NCBI GenBank assembly: GCA_963729045.1
Contig: CAVSMN010000015.1
Location: 128,001 to 192,000 of the forward strand
DNA: 64,000 nucleotides
Reading direction: 5' to 3'
From: an uncultured Nitrososphaeraceae archaeon
Lineage (GTDB): Archaea; Thermoproteota; Nitrososphaeria; Nitrososphaerales; Nitrososphaeraceae
Shown here: one piece after another, positions 55,546-64,000 of the stretch
Numbering within the stretch: position 1 is the stretch's first letter
How the letters are laid out: each line of letters starts with the position of its first letter
Position numbers and translations under genes: made by a program
The notes under the pieces: generated by a model
The model's database searches: none
The model's input: the letters and a program-made list of their open reading frames with translations, nothing else
Told to the model about the DNA's origin: nothing

Positions 55546-56406
55546 ATGACAAAAGATAAAATATCGTTTTTTGCAAATTCTTTAAGACTTTGTACAGGTA
55601 GGTCATTAACACCTGATCAAAAAAATATAAGAATTCTGGTCCCAATTTTATTATTTATTTCATCAGTTTTTTTCTTTGGCTTTCTGCATAGCACTAGCAC
55701 TGCAGACGCAACCCCTACCTTAGACCAATCGATCCAACAGTTCCAAAAAAACTTACAATCGTCAATTACCAAAGAGATACAATCAATCGCTAATAATACC
55801 AATAATATTAATTGCAGCAATAGTATTTCAATCCAAACTCAAACGAATAATAATGGTCAAACTAGTAGTACTACTAAAAACGACTGTAATAACAAATCAA
55901 TTATCTCTTCCTCATCCATGAATCCCTTTATCAATAAGAACCTGTCAGGTGCAATAGTAAGCACCGAGTATGACCTACAAACTGGAAAAATCATTAGCAG
56001 CATTTTTGGAAACTGGTCACTAAAAACTAATAGTGATAACCAAATTGACTTTAAAACCACATTCACAAAACAGCCTGTCAATTTATCTCCTAGTCAAACA
56101 GAATCATCATCAGCTTCTAAGCAGTCCGATGTCGAAAATAATAAAACAGAGTACAATCTTTCAAATTTTAGAGTTACTACTGTAAATCAACAAGACTCTG
56201 ATATAACATACAAGGGTACTATAAATACAATCGAGAAGAATCTCTCTTCTGGTGTCAATGGATCAACCACAACTAACACGTTTGAAGATGCCAAAGTATC
56301 TATATCTATTTTGGATGGTCGGATTTTGGTGATCAACTTTGATAAACAAAGCAATTTATTCAATGAATTTAAAGACATTCCTTTAGTGGGTTTGGTAACA
56401 AAATAA
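55546..56406 (+). CDS. Secreted hypothetical protein
   Basis: Hydrophobic signal segment, Asn/Ser/Thr-rich, ends in IPLVGLVTK. Confidence 0.65.
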   Translation: MTKDKISFFANSLRLCTGRSLTPDQKNIRILVPILLFISSVFFFGFLHSTSTADATPTLDQSIQQFQKNLQSSITKEIQSIANNTNNINCSNSISIQTQTNNNGQTSSTTKNDCNNKSIISSSSMNPFINKNLSGAIVSTEYDLQTGKIISSIFGNWSLKTNSDNQIDFKTTFTKQPVNLSPSQTESSSASKQSDVENNKTEYNLSNFRVTTVNQQDSDITYKGTINTIEKNLSSGVNGSTTTNTFEDAKVSISILDGRILVINFDKQSNLFNEFKDIPLVGLVTK

Positions 56407-56993
56407 AAAATCTTTTTAACAAGAAAGTGATCAAACTTTTTTATAATTAACTGTTGTTATTATCTCCGTCTTTGAAAAAAGATTATTCTAATATTGAAGA
56501 GAACTATGAATGTGGCAGAAATCCTCTGCAAAGTCATATCGTCAATAGCGCTAAAAGCCAAGTATACACAAATCGCAAGAAAAGGTGCAACTTACAAAAA
56601 AATACCAACAACTATGTGGCGCTAGGCAAAGAAAAGTTAAACATTTTATGGTTAGAAGTTACCCAAGAGCTTGATTACTTCAAAGCTCCATGTTAGTCAA
56701 CCCATTATTAAGGGATATTCGTAGGATAAACCAGGGACATAACGAAAGAAGCAAGACCATACTGTCAAATAAGTGGCTGCTGACAAATATCTTGTCAGGA
56801 TAAATCGATGAGCAATGTGTATGATTATAGGAACTACTTGAACAAACAAAATCTCCAAACTTTTATCTGAAAATAATAAATTTGTTGGTTCACATTTCAA
56901 AAATAAACGCAAAGATGTCTAAGTTAGAGATATAGAATACGATTTTTACATTATTTCAAAAAATAATCAATACAAAATGTGGTAATTTGACGT

Positions 56994-58487
56994 ATGGGCT
57001 TATTATCTACCCTGTTAAAATATACTAAATTGAAATATACTGATGGTAGTAATTTTGAAGGAAATACAGCGCTTTTGACGGACTTTTATGAAATAACTAT
57101 GGCTGCTGGGTATTATTTCAGTCAATATCACAAAGATTGGGAAACAAAGGGTATCTTCGAATTATTTGTGAGGAGGCTACCTAAAAACAGGTCATATTTA
57201 GTAACAGCAGGATTGCAACAATCAGTAGAATATATTTTGAATTTCAGGTTTAACAAACATGAAATAGAATATTTAAGGTCACTAGATGTATTTAGAGGAA
57301 TAAGACAAGATTTCTTTGATTATCTGCTGAAAATGAGGTTTACTGGAGACCTATGGGCAGTGCCAGAAGGGACTGTTTTATTTCCTACTGAACCAATACT
57401 TAGAATCGAAGCTCCAATCATTGAAGCTCAATTATTAGAAACTTACCTTTTATCAACAATCAATTTTCAAACTCTCATCGCTACAAAAGCTTCTAGAATT
57501 TGTAATATTGCTAATAACAAACCGATAATTGAATTTGGTTCAAGAAGGGCACATGGACCAGAAGCTGCTCTTTTAGCGGCCAGGGCTGCTTATGTAGGAG
57601 GATGTGCAGGTACATCAAATACTTTGGCCGGCATGCAATTCGGTATCCCTGTTTATGGAACTATGGCACATTCATTTATTATGAGTTTTGATAGTGAAAT
57701 AATTGCGTTTAAAGAGTTCCAAAAATTATTTCCTGATGGTTACCTTCTAGTGGATACTTATGATACATTAAACGCTATAAAAATGATGATCAAAGAAGGA
57801 ATATTACCAAAAGGAGTCAGGCTGGATAGCGGAGACTTGTTGTATTTAAGTAAAAAGATAAGAGAAATGCTTGATGAGGCTGGGGACCGTGATCGTGATT
57901 ATTATAGTACAAAAATAATGGTAAGCGGTGACCTAGATGAAAATATTATAAAAGAATTACTCAAAAATAAGGCTCCAATAGATAGTTTCGCTGTTGGTAC
58001 GGAGCTTAGTACATCACGAGACGATCCGGTACTTAATGGCGTATATAAAATGGTAGCTACAATAGTACAAAGAGAGGACAAATTAAATCACAGTAATAAA
58101 GAAACTAAACTTTCCAATAATATTGAGAAAACTGACGGAAAAGCAAGTACACAAAAATCAATTATCTATAAAGTAAAAACAAGTCCTGGTAAACATACAT
58201 ACCCAGGTCCCAAACAAATTCACCGAATACTTGATGATAAAAGGATATTGATTCAGGACATAATTTCACTTGCCGACGAGCTCATTGAAGGCTCTCTACC
58301 GCTTTTGGAAAAGATTATTGAAAATGGCTCTATCGTAAAGTCGTTACCTTCACTAGATGCAACACAACTATATCATACTCAACAAGTTCAAATGATTCCG
58401 TTTCTAACGAATTTGGATCAAGTTCAGAGTTTTCCTGTAAGTTACAGTAAAAAATTGTTAAAGCTGACCGATGAATTAGGAGTATAA
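56994..58487 (+). CDS. pncB: Nicotinate phosphoribosyltransferase
   Basis: LLTDFYEITM, EFGSRRAHG, GTMAHSF, LVDTYD, GVRLDSGDL, SGDLDE, GVYKM. Confidence 0.96.
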   Translation: MGLLSTLLKYTKLKYTDGSNFEGNTALLTDFYEITMAAGYYFSQYHKDWETKGIFELFVRRLPKNRSYLVTAGLQQSVEYILNFRFNKHEIEYLRSLDVFRGIRQDFFDYLLKMRFTGDLWAVPEGTVLFPTEPILRIEAPIIEAQLLETYLLSTINFQTLIATKASRICNIANNKPIIEFGSRRAHGPEAALLAARAAYVGGCAGTSNTLAGMQFGIPVYGTMAHSFIMSFDSEIIAFKEFQKLFPDGYLLVDTYDTLNAIKMMIKEGILPKGVRLDSGDLLYLSKKIREMLDEAGDRDRDYYSTKIMVSGDLDENIIKELLKNKAPIDSFAVGTELSTSRDDPVLNGVYKMVATIVQREDKLNHSNKETKLSNNIEKTDGKASTQKSIIYKVKTSPGKHTYPGPKQIHRILDDKRILIQDIISLADELIEGSLPLLEKIIENGSIVKSLPSLDATQLYHTQQVQMIPFLTNLDQVQSFPVSYSKKLLKLTDELGV

Positions 58488-58890
58488 AGTTAATGTAAGA
58501 ATCATCAACGATTGCATATTGTTCTAATTATAACTATGTTCTATATCTCCCATATGGTTCTTTATTCATTTATAATTTTCTAATCTATATTTTGTATCTG
58601 CTGGTCGGATAAGGGACAGTTTGGGCCGCTTTCTGAAAAGGTTGAGGTAAAATCTTTTAGATGTTAAAGTAAAGATCATACTTCCCTCTATTGTTAATTT
58701 TTTAGATAGATAAATCTATAGAATGTTACTATCTCAGATTTATCTAATTCATTGATGCAATAATCATATTGTAAGTTATCATTAAGATCTTTTGGAATCA
58801 GGTCTAACTAAAAGCATCAAGATACCATACGTTATAATATTAGAAAGGAAAATATCAAGTACTAAAGTATTAGCTTAGTGTGAGAAAAAC

Positions 58891-59460
58891 CTGGCAAGAT
58901 ATGCAATTTTAGTATTGGACATGTTGAATGATTTTATTAAAGGTAGTTTAAAATGCGAGCGGGCGTTAGAGATTATTCCAAATATCCGCACTTTATTGGA
59001 TTTCGCTAGGAATGCTCAAATTCCTATCTTTTATTGTGTAGATGAACATCTTCCCACTGATAGATATGAATTAGACCTATGGGGACCTCATGCAATGAAA
59101 GGTACCATTGGACAGCAAATTATTGAGGAGTTGAAACCTCTTAAGAATGATAGCGTTATCACGAAAAGAACCTATAGCGCGTTTGATAGAACTAAGTTAG
59201 ACAGAGCTTTAACCAGTGCGTATGATGGAAAAGGCGTCGACACAATAATTATTACTGGAGTACATACACATATTTGCGGAAAACATACATCATACGATGC
59301 TTTTACAAGGGGATTGAAAATAGTAATAGCAGAGGATGGAGTGCAAGCCTTTTCAGAAGAGGAACACCTATCTGGCCTTGAATATATTAGAAAAATTTAT
59401 GGTGCAGATATAAAGAAAATAGACAAAATTATCGATCTTCTTGCTGTTAATACACGATGA
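58891..59460 (+). CDS. pncA: Cysteine hydrolase (isochorismatase family), probable nicotinamidase
   Basis: AILVLDMLNDF, DEH, WGPHA, KRTYSAF, GVHTHIC (Asp-Lys-Cys triad); lies directly after pncB. Confidence 0.8.
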   Translation: MARYAILVLDMLNDFIKGSLKCERALEIIPNIRTLLDFARNAQIPIFYCVDEHLPTDRYELDLWGPHAMKGTIGQQIIEELKPLKNDSVITKRTYSAFDRTKLDRALTSAYDGKGVDTIIITGVHTHICGKHTSYDAFTRGLKIVIAEDGVQAFSEEEHLSGLEYIRKIYGADIKKIDKIIDLLAVNTR

Positions 59461-60095
59461 CTAAAACCAGTATAAAGAGAGAATACCTATACCAAGTTTT
59501 CAATTAGGATCAGATTACAATTATTCAAACCTCTGCTACTACATAAAGACGTCAATTAAAACAATATGTCAGTATTAAATATTACATCATAAAATTTTTG
59601 AAATACATTATCCAATCTAAGATTGCTTTCATCTATTTTAATTAATCAATTTTTAACAATGTATGAAATTCACTATTTATCAGATATTTTTTAAGCTTTG
59701 AGTATTTTTTGAATCATTTCCAACTGTAAGTCTTAGGATAGAAGAAGTGGTAGTATTTAATTCATTAGACTAATTCAATGCTATGGATTATTTCATCTGC
59801 AACAATCCGTGGATAAGGCACTTTACTCATTGCTTTAAAGCAAAACGTCAAGAATTTTTTCATTGTATCATTGTAAAAAGATAATTGGACATCCTTATTG
59901 TTTTCATCAAACTGGTTAATTCCATTCCCCATTTTTATCATCTTCATACTTATTAGTAGGAACGACTATATCTTGTACGAATTTTGTATTTGTTACTCCA
60001 GGTCAATCAGAACATTTAGGTTTGTTAGTTCGTAGATTCTAAAATAGTTGTATAAAAAAAGTGGAGTTATTACAATAACCATTTTGTTGCCATGA

Positions 60096-60739
60096 CTAGC
60101 CTACTTGACCTAGTCCGGTAGCGTTGTCTGCGGCGTCCTTTATGCAATTATTAAGGAAAAATTGTGCGGCCGCATTGAAGCCAGATGCTATTAATAAGTT
60201 ATCAATTTCTCCAAGTAAAACAGAATAGTCGTTTCTGTCAAGTTTCCGTTAGTTAGTAGATTCCACAAGTCCGTCGTAGTTTGCGGTGTTGGAACACCTA
60301 CGCTAATAGCAATACCAATTATAACTTGGTCAGTAATGATTCCTCCTATAAAGTTCTTAACGGACTGAAAGTATTGTGGATTTATTTCTCCATAGGTTAT
60401 AAAGCATTGTTCTATGGGATTGTCAGAGGTACCTAACCCGGGGTCTTGATTGATTCCACCAGCACCCGATTCTATATTAGTGTTATCACTGTCAGTAACT
60501 ACAGGACTGTTTTGATTATCTTTGATGTTTTGGTTAGTACAATCAGAAGCAAAACAGAGATTGCCAATATTTATACTTGAATTACTTTTGACACCATCTA
60601 AGGAACCCAAGTCAAAAGCACTGACCATTGAAGATGATGTGGAAAATACTCTGACTGCTAACATCGAAACTAGTGCAATGGTAATGATAATTCTACTGCT
60701 ATTGTGAAAAGAACGATTTAACTTTTCATTAAAGTTCAT
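60096..60739 (-). CDS. Secreted hypothetical protein, probable C-terminal frameshift near 60220
   Basis: Signal peptide; alternative frame LLGEIDNLLIASGFNAAAQFFLNNCIKDAADNATGLGQVG* runs to 60096. Confidence 0.55.
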
Positions 60740-61147
60740 ATTAAATCTAATACTAAGATGTCCTATATCTGAGCTCTAGATTTAGATTACATTTGCTAAT
60801 CCCAGATCATTTAAACTGAAAGATGATATCATGTTTATAAAATAGGATCTTACTATGAAAGAAATTAATCAAGATAGATTTGAATATGTTAACTAATGGT
60901 GATGACGGGCCAATATTCATGGTTTCTTTACCCTTATACATGGACTGACATTTAGACCAAAAATGATATTGTGATTTTAGTTTCACCAAATCCTAATTCA
61001 AATTCTAATCCACTTTAAAAGGAGTTTTCAATCAATACTATATTATGACGCTAAGAACAATATCTTTTTTATTTTACCATAATAAATTATACTGGTTTCT
61101 GATTTGTGCTTTTACGTTTATTTCAATCAGTAATCTAATGCATCACA

Positions 61148-61747
61148 ATGAATAATAACGTCAAACAAAAACTATATTATATGACAAAACTTATTTCTAA
61201 TCAGAACTCATCTGCTCCTAATACTATTAATACAGCTATACGCATTCCGACTGATGTATACGAAAAGATCAATAATCAGGCAATTCAAGAGGATAAAACT
61301 GTTTCAAGTATAATAAATCATATATTAAGAAAATATGTTAGTTGGGATCAGTTTGTAAGCGATGTGGGGTTTGTCTTTTTACAGAAACCATTTGTACAAA
61401 GTATTTTTGAACATATTTCAGATGAAGATTTAGTAAAAGCAGCCAGAACCGTGTGTTATACTGGTATGCGGGATGCTATTTCATTTATTCATGGAAAAAA
61501 TGATGTTGATTCTATTATAGATGTAATAAAACTTTGGCTTTCTGCCTCTAAATTTACAAACACAGTAATCAAATCTGAAAATACTGTCGAATTAAGAATA
61601 CAGCATAATTTAAGCCAAAAATGTTCTTTATATATGGGTGCTCTAATTTCTATGCTATTTGCAGATTTGAACATGAAACCTGAAAAATCTCTACTAAGGG
61701 ATCATTCTTTAATTTTGACTTTTAAAATACCATCATCAAGAAAATAG
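61148..61747 (+). CDS. Hypothetical protein with N-terminal ribbon-helix-helix-like segment (putative regulator)
   Basis: TAIRIPTDVYEKI..A..EDKTVSSIINHILRKYVSWD; IQHNLSQKCS C-terminal motif. Confidence 0.7.
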   Translation: MNNNVKQKLYYMTKLISNQNSSAPNTINTAIRIPTDVYEKINNQAIQEDKTVSSIINHILRKYVSWDQFVSDVGFVFLQKPFVQSIFEHISDEDLVKAARTVCYTGMRDAISFIHGKNDVDSIIDVIKLWLSASKFTNTVIKSENTVELRIQHNLSQKCSLYMGALISMLFADLNMKPEKSLLRDHSLILTFKIPSSRK

Positions 61748-62117
61748 ACTATCTCATATCACATGAGGCATTCCTAATTATTTTAATTGATTAACATATA
61801 TAATTAAACGTAAAAACCTGTTAAGTCTTATATCACTAATCAAACTTGCACAGTAGAATTAAGACGATATTGGATTTAAATAGTGAATTTTATTATATGA
61901 TTTTCAATGTCTATCTAAATACCTGGTTTTCTCTAATCGGAAGGGTATGATAGTAATTGTGTATATGAAAATTTTTATTTTCTAAAAGGAACCCAAAATA
62001 TCTATGGGTGTGTTATTTGATGATCTTTCAGAGAAATGGAAATCTAGGTCCTACATAAAATGTTAGATGGTGAAAAAATACTTCGAGTAAAATGAGTTTG
62101 ATATTTATTTCAAAAAC

Positions 62118-62384
62118 TCAAACGGGTCTATGAGAACCTATTGCAGGTTGCTCATTCTTAAATGTAATAACAATCTGATCCCCTGCTTCATACTGACAAT
62201 TGTTTATTTGTCGTGGGACTTTATCAGATGCCTCTACTATACACACTCCATTTTGTTTTAGTAATACCGTAACTTCCTCTTCTGTACCGGGAGAGAATAC
62301 TTGGAATATTTGAAACCCTGAAATGAACATGACCGCTAACACTCCTATCGGAATGAGCATAAGTGCTATAAAAGTTGGAGACAA
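62118..62384 (-). CDS. Small membrane-anchored hypothetical protein
   Basis: One TM helix then a short beta domain with two Cys (CIVE...CQY). Confidence 0.6.
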   Translation of the reverse strand: MSPTFIALMLIPIGVLAVMFISGFQIFQVFSPGTEEEVTVLLKQNGVCIVEASDKVPRQINNCQYEAGDQIVITFKNEQPAIGSHRPV

Positions 62385-62437
62385 TTTTGATCAGGCTATA
62401 ATTATAATCCTTTATATTATTGTTATGAATGTATAAC

Positions 62438-62455
62438 ATTGCATTGCAATGCAAT
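62438..62455. promoter_or_regulatory. Perfect 18-bp palindrome, possible transcription-factor site
   Basis: ATTGCATTGCAATGCAAT equals its own reverse complement. Confidence 0.4.
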
Positions 62456-62493
62456 TAGTATGACCAATAAGACATACGACGAATGTGCAAAGT

Positions 62494-62619
62494 TGATAAC
62501 CTGGCAGAAAGCAAACTATTACTTCAGGTTGGGCATATTACGGAAATGAGACAGGTTTTTTGTAGGACCGTCACTCTAGTATTATATGTTGGGTTCTGAC
62601 TCATAAGATCGGGTTATCA
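62494..62619 (+). ncRNA. Candidate structured RNA (unassigned family)
   Basis: Nested complementary segments found by eye; several G-U pairs favour the plus strand. Confidence 0.3.
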
Positions 62620-62652
62620 CGGGCGATTGTGTGGCATCCTAAAGCTAAAAAA

Positions 62653-62692
62653 AAATATTCAAATATTCAAATATTCATATTCAAATATTCAA
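62653..62692. repeat. Short tandem repeat (AAATATTC)n, imperfect
   Basis: aaatattc aaatattc aaatattc atattc aaatattc aa. Confidence 0.8.
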
Positions 62693-62739
62693 CGCTTTCA
62701 CAATTAGTTTCATATAAAAGTTAATGAAAAAAAGACATT

Positions 62740-62860
62740 GAGGTATCATAAACAATCACACTTTTCCAATTGCTGATGTCTTTCATCCAATCAATTTCAA
62801 AACAGACATTTGGATTATTTTGTATTCCACTGGTACTTGCCTTGAATATTTCAATAGGTG
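62740..62860 (-). pseudogene. Remnant of a pyridoxamine 5'-phosphate oxidase/NimA-like flavin-binding protein
   Basis: Minus strand reads IQNNPNVCFEIDWMKDISNWKSVIVY, matching the NPxVCFEVD...WxSVI family motif; upstream sequence has stops and shifts. Confidence 0.6.
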
Positions 62861-63365
62861 TAATAATCCTTATAATAGGATCTAGATTAAATCCAGATAC
62901 TCGGGATGTGGATCTAAATTAACCTTAATTGACCATAATGGTTTGAGACCAATTAGTACTTTCAAAAGGAAAGGTTTTGCAGAAGGGTTAACTCACTTAA
63001 TAAAATCCCACCGGCTGGAGAAAGGAAGGCAATTACTGCAATAAATAGATGCACAAGCCTATTTTTTTACTCTCAAACGGAGCATTTTAGCTTTGAACCT
63101 ATTAGCCGACATACAATACTGTGGGATACTACAAGATATTCGAATCACCAGGGCTTCAAATTCGATATATAATCGGAAGACAAGACTCATACAAAACAAC
63201 AAGAAAGCCTATATAAACAACATCAGAATCCTTTGTTTTTAAATAATTGTTAAATTATCTTATTTCATCTGATTTTGCTCTCCCTAGAACGATTTTGCAA
63301 TAACAATTAGAATTATACTAGAACGATAACGAAAACTCTTTTTATTAAATTGTATAAATTGGATT

Positions 63366-64000
63366 ATGAATTTTTCTGATTTAGAAGCCAAGAGGATAAC
63401 TCATCTTCTAGGTGGTGGAAAAGAGAAACTAGAAGAACAGAGAAAAAAGGGTCAATTGACAGCGACTGAAAGAATCAATGCCTTATTTGATACAGGCAGT
63501 TTTGAGGAAATAGATCCTTTTGTAATTCACAATTGTCATGATTTTGGAATGGAAAATAAAAAAATTCTAGGTGACGGTGTTATAACAGGTTATGGAAGAA
63601 TAGATTCTCGTTTAGTCTATTCATTTTGTCATGACTTTACAGTCTTAGGGGGTTCACTCGGTCTTAGTTTTGCATCAAAGATATGTAAGGTAATGGATCA
63701 TGCATTAAAACAAGGGGTTCCAATAATAGGTATAAACGATTCTGGAGGTGCAAGGATTCAAGAAGGGGTCGAAAGCCTAGGTGGTTACGCAGATATATTC
63801 CACAGAAATGTTAGAGTCTCTGGCATAATTCCTCAAATATCTTTGATAATGGGCCCTTGTGCAGGAGGTGCAGTTTATTCTCCCGCTTTGACTGATTTTA
63901 TAATAATGACAAAATCAGCATACATGTTTGTCACTGGTCCAGATGTTGTGAGACAGGTCTCCAATGAAAATGTTACATCTACAGATTTAGGGGGCGCTTA
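63366..64000 (+). CDS. pccB: Acyl-CoA carboxylase carboxyltransferase (beta) subunit, 3'-truncated by window edge
   Basis: Own translation (absent from ORF track): [80 protein letters not shown]. Confidence 0.93.
   Translation, partial: MNFSDLEAKRITHLLGGGKEKLEEQRKKGQLTATERINALFDTGSFEEIDPFVIHNCHDFGMENKKILGDGVITGYGRIDSRLVYSFCHDFTVLGGSLGLSFASKICKVMDHALKQGVPIIGINDSGGARIQEGVESLGGYADIFHRNVRVSGIIPQISLIMGPCAGGAVYSPALTDFIIMTKSAYMFVTGPDVVRQVSNENVTSTDLGGA

Noticed and set aside
56454..56912. Short ORFs upstream of pncB, and similar ones at 59765-59947 and 60807-60989
   Set aside because: No recognisable motifs; could be decayed genes but unsupported
62653..62692. CRISPR array
   Set aside because: 8-bp tandem unit without spacers; no cas genes or 25-40 bp spaced repeats seen anywhere in the window

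Overview
AT-rich archaeal chromosomal segment. Gene content (two-domain multicopper oxidase-ZIP-DtxR cluster, fixABCX, Pth2, many Asn/Ser-rich secreted hypotheticals, topoisomerase IA) points to a terrestrial ammonia-oxidising archaeon of the Nitrososphaeraceae, probably Ca. Nitrosocosmicus-like; this is inference from recall, with no search run. About 45 protein-coding genes; no rRNA, tRNA, CRISPR array or intact mobile element was recognised. Roughly 20 small frameshifts hit many genes, including aconitase, most likely uncorrected long-read indels. Most notable: (1) a co-oriented fixAB-fixCX / glnA / four-piece split glutamate synthase cluster with a second, degenerate FMN-domain paralogue and a convergent Lrp regulator; (2) a protein with the motif layout of eukaryotic peptide:N-glycanase (Png1/NGLY1), divergent from a HEAT-repeat M1 aminopeptidase; (3) a paired palindromic operator shared by the MCO-ZIP and DtxR promoters; (4) a HerA-like ATPase plus metallophosphoesterase heading a phosphate/storage block (PhoD-like, patatin, PPK2, ferritin); (5) a candidate structured ncRNA near 62.5 kb.
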